Shown here one piece after another: positions 9,117 to 17,700 of a DNA stretch of 32,000 bases; position 1 is the first letter of the stretch, and each line of letters opens with the position of its first letter. The DNA comes from Ruminococcus albus 7 = DSM 20455. Lineage in GTDB: Bacteria; Bacillota; Clostridia; Oscillospirales; Ruminococcaceae. The notes under the pieces were generated by a model that was not told where the DNA came from, ran no database searches, and saw only the letters and a list, made by a program, of their open reading frames with translations. A program made the position numbers and the translations under genes. The stretch covers positions 1,590,001 through 1,622,000 of the forward strand of contig NC_014833.1 of assembly GCF_000179635.2 (NCBI RefSeq). Reading direction: 5' to 3'.

Positions 9117-10025
9117 ATGAAAAAAGCAATGCTCATAACTATATTCGCTGTCCTGCTGACAGGGTGCGGCAGCACAGGAACGGAAAATGCTGATGCAGAA
9201 ACCAAGGCGGTAAGCCAAGTGACAATGACTTCACACGTTACAACATCTTCCGATTCTGAAATAGAAACTGTTCCTGCTGAAACTACCGATACGACTATAA
9301 AAGAAGTAAGCACAACAGTATCCGATATATTATCAGCAAAAAAGACTACTGCCAATAGTGCAAAGAGTAACAGCACTTCAAATAAGCAGACCGATAAAAC
9401 AGTAAAAACTCAGTCTCAGACTTCAAGACAGATCTCATCGCAGAATCAAACTCAGAACGAAACAGGATCAAAGGACACGGAGAACAGATCCTCAGCTACT
9501 ACAACTGTTCAAACCACTCCTGCGCTTAAAACTACAACTACCACCACATTAACAACAACCACAGTAACGAAAACTGTCACCGAGCAGATCACCGAAGCTA
9601 TCCCCGAAGAACCTGTTATAGATGAACGTTCCGCAATCGAAAGATGGCTGCATAACTTCGGAGATGCCAATGATAAAAGCTATTATGTAAGTATAGGTCA
9701 GGGTCTCCCTAACGATGGCTCCGACTACAGCAAAGCACAGGCTGTATATGATCATATGCAGAACAGTTTTTACGGTGAAAGAAACTGTGTATATATGTCC
9801 AGTGTAACCTATGCACTTTGTCAGGGCATAGGACTGGAATGCGGATACGCACTGATCAGTGACTGGTACAATCACTGTGCAAATACAGTAAATATAGACG
9901 GTACATGGTATGTGCTGGATACTCAGGCTTCGGGATTCTTATGCGGCGACCTCGGATACACAAGTATTCTGGATGAATATGAAGAATCGCTTGGGATAAC
10001 ACTAAGCGAAGACGATCACGATTAG
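9117..10025 (+). CDS. Lipoprotein with Thr/Ser-rich linker and C-terminal transglutaminase-like cysteine-peptidase domain
   Basis: Signal peptide plus lipobox (FAVLLTGCGS). The linker is low-complexity (TTTTTLTTTTVTKT). The C-terminus NCVYMSS...GIGLECGY...NHCANTVNIDGTWYVLDT fits the Cys...His...Asp transglutaminase-core pattern. Confidence 0.75.
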   Translation: MKKAMLITIFAVLLTGCGSTGTENADAETKAVSQVTMTSHVTTSSDSEIETVPAETTDTTIKEVSTTVSDILSAKKTTANSAKSNSTSNKQTDKTVKTQSQTSRQISSQNQTQNETGSKDTENRSSATTTVQTTPALKTTTTTTLTTTTVTKTVTEQITEAIPEEPVIDERSAIERWLHNFGDANDKSYYVSIGQGLPNDGSDYSKAQAVYDHMQNSFYGERNCVYMSSVTYALCQGIGLECGYALISDWYNHCANTVNIDGTWYVLDTQASGFLCGDLGYTSILDEYEESLGITLSEDDHD

Positions 10026-10037
10026 AAAGGAAAAACT

Positions 10038-13000
10038 ATGATCAAAAATAAAATATTAAAGCGTATCGGCGCAGGGTTCTTGTCAGGACTCTGCGCTTTT
10101 TCTATGCTCGGGAGTTCGTTCTCTGATTCTTTCACAGCGAAAGCTGAAAGCATAAAAGAACCTTCTTTCCCGTCAGTTGACACGGTGGTTGCTCAGGCGG
10201 CTACTCTTCTTGGAACACGCTATGGCTACGGATTTAAAGGCTATTCGGGTGTATATTATAAAGGATCTTATTCACCTCTTTCAGAAGAGTGGATAAGAGA
10301 ACAGGGTATAGACTGCTCAGGTCTTATCTATTATACACTCACACATTTAGGCTATTCCACTTCCGGATTTTCATGGAACAATCCTGTTCCTGTAGATACT
10401 ATGCACTGGCTCACGCTTAACGATAACTGTACAGTCACATACGGCGGGGTGACATCAAAGATAGATGTCGAAAAGGAAAACATCGCTACAAGTAAGCGTC
10501 CTTATTGGGAATGTGCAGACGGTTCAACGATAACTCCGGGTTCTGTGGTCATCGCAAAAAATAATTATGGAGAAGATCATTCATGGATATATATGGGTGA
10601 GTTTGACAACAGAAATGAAGTCGTAAATTATCTTAAGAACATCGGTGTAAGGGAGTCTCTCATAAACAAAAATACTGTTGGTGACGGAAAAGGCGATGGC
10701 GGCAGACACTGGAGGATCGAGGCAAGCGGCAGTGAAGGTGTTGTTATAAACAACAAGACCGACGGTAAATCTACTTCCGCACTGAATATGTTCGGTTTCA
10801 GAATAACTTCACGTGATGTCAGCTTTGAAATAGACAAGTATGCAACAGACGGCACTCTTGTAGGCAGATCATCGGTAGACGGAAGTTCTGCAGTTTACGG
10901 AATCTATTCGGATAAGACCTGTAAGAATAAAGTGGCAGAGCTGACGATCGGTGCAAAGGGAAACGGTGCCGTAAAACTTCCTAACGGAACATACTATGCC
11001 AAGGAATTAAAAGCCCCTGCCGGCTATGCACTGGATAATACCGTATATACAATTAAACCCGGTAAAAATGTAGTTACCGAGGATTTCAAATACGGCAAGA
11101 TCATTATAAACAAGACAGCTGAGGATGGCATCATCGGCGGTCGTGAATTCAAGGTAACATGGAGCGAAAACGGCAAAACCAAGAGTAAAACTGCTAGGAC
11201 AGATGACAGCGGTGTCGCCAAGTTTGCTAATCTCAAGATCTATGATCTGGCTAACGGCAAGCCCATATCGTATAATGTTTCCGAGATAAACGTTGAAACA
11301 AGATATGAGACACCGAAAGCCCAGAACGTTACACTTACAGACGGCGATGCAGATTTTACAGTAGTAACTAAATTCAAAAATGAAACAAAGAAAGGCAGTA
11401 TACGCATAAACAAGCAGTCAGAGGATAACCAGAACGGTGACAGAACATTCGTTATAACAGGCAATGGTCAGACCTATACCATAAAGACCGCTTCAAACGG
11501 TATTGCCGAACTGACAGATATCCCTGTGTATGATAAGAACAACAATAAGATCACCTATACAATAAGTGAGAAAGATGTACCTGTCAGATATGTTACTCCT
11601 GCGAACCAGACTGCTACACTCACTGCCGATAAGACAACGACCAAAGTGTTTGAGAACAAGCTGAAAAAGTTTACGGCAGAGGTGACCAAGGTTGACAGAG
11701 AGACCGAACATCCTCAGGGAGATGCAACGCTTCAGGGTGCTGTTTACGGAATCTATAAGAACGGCGAGCTGGTAGATCAGTATACTACCGATAAAAACGG
11801 TCACTTTAAAACAAAGGAGTACCCATGCGGCAATTATACGATCAAGGAGATCAAGCCCTCAATGGGATATACTCTTGATACGACCGAGTACAATGTCGGT
11901 GCAGAGGAAAAGAACTACACTTCAGAGCATAATACAGTCGAAATGAAAGTATTCGAATCCCCCATCAAAGGTGACTTTTCACTTCTCAAGCACAGCGACA
12001 AGGACGATAATGGAATAGAGAACCTTGAAGCAGGCGCTGAATTCGATGTTTACCTCAAGAGCGCAGGCAGTTATGATAATGCCAGCGATACCGAGCGTGA
12101 CCATCTTGTTACAGACTTAAGCGGTCAGGCTAAGAGCAAAAAACTGCCCTACGGCGTGTATATCCTTCGTCAGACAAAAACTGTCAACGATGCGGAGATG
12201 ACTGCTGACATTGAGATAAATATAAGCAAGAATGATCAGTCCTATGAATACACTCTAAATAACAAGCCCTTTGAAAGCTATGTAAAGATCGTAAAGCGTG
12301 ATGCTGAATCAGGCAATAATATCGCTCTTGCAGGGGCAGGATTCGAGATATACAACAGTGCAGATGAGAAGATAGTGCTTGGAAGTACTTCCGTATATTA
12401 CACCAATGATGAAGGCTATCTTATCACTCCCGAAATGCTTGGATACGGCAGCTATAAGCTTGTTGAGGTGAAGGCTCCCGAGGGTTATGTTCTTGACAGC
12501 ACTCCTGTTGAATTCAGTGTAAACAGAGCAAACAGTTCCAAGGAAAATGCAGTCACTGTTGTTATAGTAGATAAATCCGATGCACCCCAGAAAGGCAGGA
12601 TAAGCGTACACAAGCAGGGCGATATATTCAGCGGAGTGACTTCTCTAGGCACTGTACTGTCGCAAGATGAGGACGGTGCTGTATACGAGGAAGGATATAC
12701 TACCTATACTCCTTGCTTCGATACAGGTTACCTTGAGGGTGCTGAGTTTGAGATAACTGCTGCTGAAGATATAATAACACCTGACGGCACAGTCCACGCA
12801 AAGGCGGGTGATCTTGTGGGTAAGATGACCACCGATGAGAACGGTTTTGCTCAGTCCAATCTGCTATATCTCGGAAAATACAATATAACTGAGACAAAGG
12901 CTCCTTACGGATATGTAAAGAACAATGAGACCAAGACAGCAGAGCTGACCTATGCGGGTCAGTATGTAGATGTATGCAGCACTGCCGACACATCCTTTAT

Positions 13001-14639
13001 AAATGGTTATCAGGGGGTAAATATCCATCTTACAAAATTCATGGAACATGACAGCATATATAATGTTGGCGGTAACGAAGATGCTTCAAGAGTTGAGTTC
13101 GGTCTGTTTGCAGACGAAGAGATAGTATCAAGAAGCGGTGCGGCTATTCCCAAGGACGGTCTCATATCAGTTGTTTCTGTAGGTGAGGATATGACAGCCC
13201 GATTTGATGTTAAACTCCCCTTTGGCAGATACTATGTTCAGGAGATATCAACTGATGAAAAGTATATTATCAGCGGTGAAAAGCATATCGTGACCTTTGA
13301 ATACGCAGGTCAGGACAACTATACAGTAGATATAGATGCAGGTGAATTTGTAAATGACCTTAAGAGAGGTTCTGTACAAGGCATAAAGGTCAATGAGCTT
13401 GACGAGCCTCTTGCAGATGCTCTGTTTGGTCTTTTCAGCGCAGACTGTGAGTTCTTTGACAGAGATAACGCAATAGAAACAGCACGTTCAGATGAAAACG
13501 GACATTTCAGCATCACAGGGATCCCATACGGATCATATATCCTTGCGGAAATCGCATCTCCCGACGGATATGTTTTGAGCAATGAAAGACACGGTGTTCT
13601 CATTGACGAAGATGGCGATGAGGTATTCATCACTGCTGTAAACAAGGAAACAGAGCTTCATGTTTCCAAGAAGGATATTTACGGAAACGAACTCTCGGGT
13701 GCTGCAATGCAGATCCTTGACAGCGAAGGAATAGTTTTCGATGAATGGATATCCGACGGCACCGAGCATATCGTCAGCGGCATTCCTGCTGGCAGCTACG
13801 TTCTTCATGAAACAGCAGCTCCTGTCGGCTTTGTTATAGCCGCGGATATAGCCTTCACCATAGACGAATATAACAAGGTCACTGTTGAGGATATATCTGC
13901 TTTAGCGAGTGATGAAAACGGTATCCCTGCCATTATCATGACAGATAACTCAACAAAGGTTGAGTTCACAAAGACAGATATCACAGGTGAAAGAGAACTC
14001 GAAGGAGCTAAACTTCAGGTCATTGACAAGGACGGGAACATCATTGATGAATGGATATCTTCAAATATATCTCATGTCATTGAGGGCATGCTGATCGCAG
14101 GAGAAGAGTATATCCTTCATGAAGAAATAAGTCCAGACGGTTACGTGACCGCTGAAGACATTACTTTCACAGTATCTGATGATGGAAAGATGGATAAGGT
14201 CACAATGAAAGATGATACCACAAAGGTACGCATCTCAAAGCGTGACATAACAACCAATGAAGAACTGCCCGGTGCGACACTTATTATAATGGATGAGAAT
14301 GGAAACACTGTCGAGGAATGGGTATCCACAAATGAAGGACATTTTATAGAGGGAAAACTTGTCGCAGGCAAGATCTACACTCTTCGTGAGATAACTGCAC
14401 CTGATGGCTATGAAGTGGCTAATGATGTTCAGTTTACCGTTAACGAGGATGGTTCTGTGACGGAAGTAGTCATGTATGATAAAAAGAAGTCAAGTCCAAA
14501 GATCCCGTCAAGCCATAATCCTCATACGGGAAGTATATATGGAAATTCTCTGATCAACAAGTCGCTTGCTGCAATGGCTGTATGTGTTCTTATCATGGTG
14601 ATCACAAAGAAAAAGAATAAGAAGGAGGACGATGAATGA
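10038..14639 (+). CDS. Giant cell-wall-anchored surface protein: signal peptide, NlpC/P60 hydrolase domain, many Cna-B/SpaA-type repeats, NPHTG sorting-like signal
   Basis: NlpC/P60 motifs are GIDCSGLIYYTL (Cys) and DHSWIYMG (His). There are more than 10 repeats with the Y.L.E..AP.GY.L signature. The C-terminus is NPHTG, then a hydrophobic stretch (SLAAMAVCVLIMVIT), then KKKNKKEDDE. Confidence 0.9.
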   Translation: MIKNKILKRIGAGFLSGLCAFSMLGSSFSDSFTAKAESIKEPSFPSVDTVVAQAATLLGTRYGYGFKGYSGVYYKGSYSPLSEEWIREQGIDCSGLIYYTLTHLGYSTSGFSWNNPVPVDTMHWLTLNDNCTVTYGGVTSKIDVEKENIATSKRPYWECADGSTITPGSVVIAKNNYGEDHSWIYMGEFDNRNEVVNYLKNIGVRESLINKNTVGDGKGDGGRHWRIEASGSEGVVINNKTDGKSTSALNMFGFRITSRDVSFEIDKYATDGTLVGRSSVDGSSAVYGIYSDKTCKNKVAELTIGAKGNGAVKLPNGTYYAKELKAPAGYALDNTVYTIKPGKNVVTEDFKYGKIIINKTAEDGIIGGREFKVTWSENGKTKSKTARTDDSGVAKFANLKIYDLANGKPISYNVSEINVETRYETPKAQNVTLTDGDADFTVVTKFKNETKKGSIRINKQSEDNQNGDRTFVITGNGQTYTIKTASNGIAELTDIPVYDKNNNKITYTISEKDVPVRYVTPANQTATLTADKTTTKVFENKLKKFTAEVTKVDRETEHPQGDATLQGAVYGIYKNGELVDQYTTDKNGHFKTKEYPCGNYTIKEIKPSMGYTLDTTEYNVGAEEKNYTSEHNTVEMKVFESPIKGDFSLLKHSDKDDNGIENLEAGAEFDVYLKSAGSYDNASDTERDHLVTDLSGQAKSKKLPYGVYILRQTKTVNDAEMTADIEINISKNDQSYEYTLNNKPFESYVKIVKRDAESGNNIALAGAGFEIYNSADEKIVLGSTSVYYTNDEGYLITPEMLGYGSYKLVEVKAPEGYVLDSTPVEFSVNRANSSKENAVTVVIVDKSDAPQKGRISVHKQGDIFSGVTSLGTVLSQDEDGAVYEEGYTTYTPCFDTGYLEGAEFEITAAEDIITPDGTVHAKAGDLVGKMTTDENGFAQSNLLYLGKYNITETKAPYGYVKNNETKTAELTYAGQYVDVCSTADTSFINGYQGVNIHLTKFMEHDSIYNVGGNEDASRVEFGLFADEEIVSRSGAAIPKDGLISVVSVGEDMTARFDVKLPFGRYYVQEISTDEKYIISGEKHIVTFEYAGQDNYTVDIDAGEFVNDLKRGSVQGIKVNELDEPLADALFGLFSADCEFFDRDNAIETARSDENGHFSITGIPYGSYILAEIASPDGYVLSNERHGVLIDEDGDEVFITAVNKETELHVSKKDIYGNELSGAAMQILDSEGIVFDEWISDGTEHIVSGIPAGSYVLHETAAPVGFVIAADIAFTIDEYNKVTVEDISALASDENGIPAIIMTDNSTKVEFTKTDITGERELEGAKLQVIDKDGNIIDEWISSNISHVIEGMLIAGEEYILHEEISPDGYVTAEDITFTVSDDGKMDKVTMKDDTTKVRISKRDITTNEELPGATLIIMDENGNTVEEWVSTNEGHFIEGKLVAGKIYTLREITAPDGYEVANDVQFTVNEDGSVTEVVMYDKKKSSPKIPSSHNPHTGSIYGNSLINKSLAAMAVCVLIMVITKKKNKKEDDE
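13650..14480 (+). repeat. Three tandem ~88-100-aa domain repeats inside the surface-protein gene
   Basis: The units share K.DI.G.EL.GA.L.I.D..G....EW.S....H.I.G....G.Y.L.E...P.GY......I.FT. They start at about 13650, 13950 and 14215 and have diverged at DNA level. Confidence 0.7.
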
Positions 14640-14758
14640 AAAAGGTGATTATAGTCTTAGCGGTCGTAATAGCGGTCGCTTTTATTATGGGCGGAACATG
14701 GTGGCTCATAAGTTCGGGTGCATACAGGAATATTGACTGGAGCGCGTTAGTGGTCTGA
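14636..14758 (+). CDS. Small membrane protein (40 aa), not on ORF track
   Basis: ATGA overlap with the surface-protein stop. Translation is MKKVIIVLAVVIAVAFIMGGTWWLISSGAYRNIDWSALVV, a single TM helix. Confidence 0.4.
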   Translation: MKKVIIVLAVVIAVAFIMGGTWWLISSGAYRNIDWSALVV

Positions 14759-14773
14759 TGAAAGGATGATCAA

Positions 14774-15094
14774 ATGAAAAGAAGAAAGATACTCGCATTT
14801 ATTTGTACAGCGCTGACAGCAGCGTATTTGTTTGCAGTACCCGCAAGCGCAAGTGTATCCGATGCAGTAACATCGACATGGACAACAGCAAAAATACAGA
14901 TACAGGCGGTGGTAGATAATGTTGTTTTTCCTGCTATCGACGTCATACTGGCAGTTTTGCTGTTTGTTAAGATCGGTGCAGCATATCTGGATTACCGCAA
15001 GCATGGACAGCTTGAATGGACTCCTATAGCAATAATCTTCGGAGGACTTCTGTTCTCATTGACTGCTCCGCTGTATATCTGGACAATAATATAA
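14774..15094 (+). CDS. T4SS pilin-like small membrane protein (VirB2/TrbC-type topology; possibly Maff2-like)
   Basis: Signal peptide (AVPASASV) followed by two hydrophobic helices separated by YLDYRKHGQLE. Position is upstream of the coupling-protein block. The family name is uncertain. Confidence 0.5.
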   Translation: MKRRKILAFICTALTAAYLFAVPASASVSDAVTSTWTTAKIQIQAVVDNVVFPAIDVILAVLLFVKIGAAYLDYRKHGQLEWTPIAIIFGGLLFSLTAPLYIWTII

Positions 15095-15118
15095 CAGCAT
15101 AACATCGAATCATATTTT

Positions 15119-15152
15119 GGAGCATCGAAAATCGGTGCTCCTTTATTATTTT
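15119..15152 (+). terminator. Rho-independent terminator
   Basis: ggagcatcg-aaaat-cggtgctcc forms a 9-bp stem (one G:U) followed by tttattatttt. Confidence 0.6.
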
Positions 15153-15169
15153 CAAAGGAGGAAATAAAA

Positions 15170-15901
15170 GTGAAGAAACATTTTTCAGTAGTCATAGCCG
15201 CTGTTTTGGTATTGTCTCTGTCTGCCTGCGGAACGCTGGCACCGCCGCAGAGAGCGGAAATGACTTCAACAGCTACAACGACAGCAGAAGCCACGACTGC
15301 ACCGATAGATATCAGTGAACCTGCAGTTACGACAAAACCGGAAATATCCGAAAAAGAAAAGAAAGAACTTGAAAACAACGTATTCATGACAGAGTTTTTC
15401 AATTCATCTATCACTTTTATCGACAGATCGGATATAGCTAAGGAGACCCTGAAAGCATTCAGTTTTGAGCATAACGAACTGACCAACAATGGATCGGAAA
15501 GAATTTCTCTGAGCAGTGAAAGCGGCAGCGGTATCATAGATATGACTTGCATAGATATAACTTCAAGTGATCTTGACTGTGATCTCGGATATATGATGGA
15601 TTCGGTCGGTGATTATTACTACAGCCTGACAAAGAGCTCTATGCGGGGAGTCACAGATGATGACTTCAATACCAATTACCGAATGATAAACACTGTAGTA
15701 TCTAAAGCAAAATACCAACAGTACGGCTCAATGCAGAGATCTGACGGAATGACAATGCAGTTCGGATATGCCGAAACTTGTGCAGCACTTGTGGATAACA
15801 AGCTGATGGTAGTATCAGGTCAGTTTGTGTCAACGGATATGATGGACAGACAGGCTTTTTCGAGACTTATGACATCATTCAGAGAGAAAATTTCATTCTA
15901 G
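15170..15901 (+). CDS. Lipoprotein, function unknown (ICE conserved-position gene)
   Basis: GTG start lies 8 nt after AAGGAGG. Lipobox is LSLSACGT. A Thr/Ala-rich linker follows. Confidence 0.7.
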   Translation: MKKHFSVVIAAVLVLSLSACGTLAPPQRAEMTSTATTTAEATTAPIDISEPAVTTKPEISEKEKKELENNVFMTEFFNSSITFIDRSDIAKETLKAFSFEHNELTNNGSERISLSSESGSGIIDMTCIDITSSDLDCDLGYMMDSVGDYYYSLTKSSMRGVTDDDFNTNYRMINTVVSKAKYQQYGSMQRSDGMTMQFGYAETCAALVDNKLMVVSGQFVSTDMMDRQAFSRLMTSFREKISF

Positions 15902-15909
15902 GAGGACGT

Positions 15910-16194
15910 ATGAAAGTAAAAGTTATAGGGATACCTCTGTCTGAAGAAGAAATAGAGGAATACAAGAAATATGTGCGTAACAAACACCCCGAAGACAAAA
16001 TCGAAGAACTTGTAATCGAATCGGATGGTGAATATGTGGACCTGACCTGCTATACACGTGCTCTTCCGTTTGAACGAATCCGCAGGATAACAGGATATCT
16101 TGTGGGTTCTCTTGACCGATTCAATGATGCAAAAAGAGCCGAAGTTGCGGACAGGCTGTCACACGATACAGAGCCGTTTGTTCAGGAAATGTGA
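15910..16194 (+). CDS. Small protein (94 aa) whose C-terminal half resembles the glycyl-radical tail of anaerobic ribonucleotide reductase NrdD
   Basis: AGGAGG RBS. ERIRRITGYLVGSLDRFNDAKRAEVADRLSH compares with the NrdD C-terminal pattern RR.CGYLG.....FN.GK..E...R.KH, which I recall from memory. Confidence 0.6.
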   Translation: MKVKVIGIPLSEEEIEEYKKYVRNKHPEDKIEELVIESDGEYVDLTCYTRALPFERIRRITGYLVGSLDRFNDAKRAEVADRLSHDTEPFVQEM

Positions 16195-16203
16195 GGTGAT
16201 GCT

Positions 16204-17604
16204 ATGCCATATATCCCATTTACAGACGAGCAGAAAGTGCTTGCCAACACAGTAGATCTTGAAAGATTTCTTGCTATGAGAGGTGAACATCTTGAACGTG
16301 CAGGCAGGTCTTCAAAGCTTATATATACAGACGGTTCTGGTAAACATGACAGCATCATGATAAACGGTTCAAAGTGGTATGATCATAAGCGGCAGATCGG
16401 AGGCGGTGCAATAAAGTTCATGCAGGAGTTCTACGGCATGGATTTTGTACAGGCTGTTCAGGAATTGATCGGTGTGACTGTATCGCCCATAGTACACAAC
16501 AAAAATGAATACGTTCCGAAGAAAGAAAAGAAAGCATTTATTCTGCCGTCGAAGAACAACACTATGCACCGAGTTTACGCCTATCTTATAAAACAGAGGT
16601 TTATAAGAGCCGATGTTATCACTCACTTTGCAAAAGCAGGAACTATCTATGAAGATGATAAACATCACAATGCAGTGTTCGTAGGGATCGATGAAGCCGG
16701 TGTTCCAAAACAAGCTTCAAAACGAGGAACTTCCACTTACGGTGATCCGTTCAAGATGACCGTAGAGGGATCTGACACAAAATACAGCTTTGCTCACTAT
16801 GGTACATCAGGCAGACTATACGTTTTTGAAGCCCCGATAGATATGCTGTCATATATCACGCTTCACCCGGAAGACTGGCAGAAACACAGCTATATCGCTA
16901 TGAATGGTGTGTATGAGAGCGCTGTGCTTCATGCTCTGGGATCGCACGAAAACATTGAGCATATCGTACTGTGTACCGATAATGATGAGGGCGGCATTGA
17001 TGGTGCAGAGCGTATTCGGGATATTCTGAATGAAAGCGGCTTTTTGAATATTACAAGGCTATTTCCTGACTATAAAGACTGGAATGAAGACCTGAAAGCC
17101 AAAAATGGACAGCAAGCCCTTCCTGGTGAAAATCATAGACGTAAAGCTTTATACTATGGATATGTCGAACAGTTGAAATACCTACGCTGTCGTCCGGATA
17201 AGCTGTCCGAACAGCTGAAGATCTCGTTTAGGAACGGTCAAACCAAATACCTTGCCGAGTATGCGCTTGCAGGCTCGGCTTTTTTTATGCGTGTCAAAGA
17301 TGAACCACAGGGATTTCAGAATTTGCAGAAAAGACTGATAAAATCATATCGGGCTTACAAAGATAAAGGCAAGTATGTTTCAAAAAAGCGGGATATGACA
17401 AGCAAATACAATGAAGTCATGCGTGATCTGCGTAAAACTGCAAGGACAGAAGAACAGTCCATAGCTACGGCAAAAATGCTTTATGAGCTTGCTGACTTTG
17501 CAGTGCGTACTGCAGTTGAAGAAGCCTGCGATAAACCTGTAAAGGAGCAGACTAAATGTGAGGATGAGGATATAGAATTATCACCGCAGGCAGGATTTGG
17601 ATGA
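16204..17604 (+). CDS. DUF3991 + Toprim domain protein (ICE primase/topoisomerase-like)
   Basis: Toprim acidic motifs are LYVFEAPIDMLSY and IVLCTDNDEGGIDGAERI. The N-terminal region is of the type seen with DUF3991 in Firmicutes ICEs. Confidence 0.8.
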   Translation: MPYIPFTDEQKVLANTVDLERFLAMRGEHLERAGRSSKLIYTDGSGKHDSIMINGSKWYDHKRQIGGGAIKFMQEFYGMDFVQAVQELIGVTVSPIVHNKNEYVPKKEKKAFILPSKNNTMHRVYAYLIKQRFIRADVITHFAKAGTIYEDDKHHNAVFVGIDEAGVPKQASKRGTSTYGDPFKMTVEGSDTKYSFAHYGTSGRLYVFEAPIDMLSYITLHPEDWQKHSYIAMNGVYESAVLHALGSHENIEHIVLCTDNDEGGIDGAERIRDILNESGFLNITRLFPDYKDWNEDLKAKNGQQALPGENHRRKALYYGYVEQLKYLRCRPDKLSEQLKISFRNGQTKYLAEYALAGSAFFMRVKDEPQGFQNLQKRLIKSYRAYKDKGKYVSKKRDMTSKYNEVMRDLRKTARTEEQSIATAKMLYELADFAVRTAVEEACDKPVKEQTKCEDEDIELSPQAGFG

Positions 17605-17700
17605 TGCGTCATATGTCCTGCGTCATCATTTCATAAGAAGAAGTTATAAATATAATTATTTATATTATAGCGAAAAGAAGAATGATATGGGAGTGATAGA

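Noticed and set aside
9380-9600. Thr/Ser/Gln-rich stretch of the lipoprotein gene as a DNA tandem repeat or contingency locus
   Set aside because: It is low-complexity at the protein level only. I see no exact nucleotide repeat unit or homopolymer tract.
14992-15552. 186-aa minus-strand ORF, and similar antisense ORFs (e.g. 6000..6500, 4905..5369, 8001..8453, 17864..18277, 3393..3788)
   Set aside because: All are shadows of strongly supported plus-strand genes that have an RBS, lipobox, catalytic motifs or translational coupling. Their translations are low-complexity and they lack an RBS.
17605-17700. AT-rich quasi-palindrome (ttataaatataattatttatattatag) and the direct repeat tgcgtcat upstream of virD4 as an oriT
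   Set aside because: The arms are not true inverted repeats on inspection, no relaxase gene is nearby, and AT-rich promoter DNA is a sufficient explanation.
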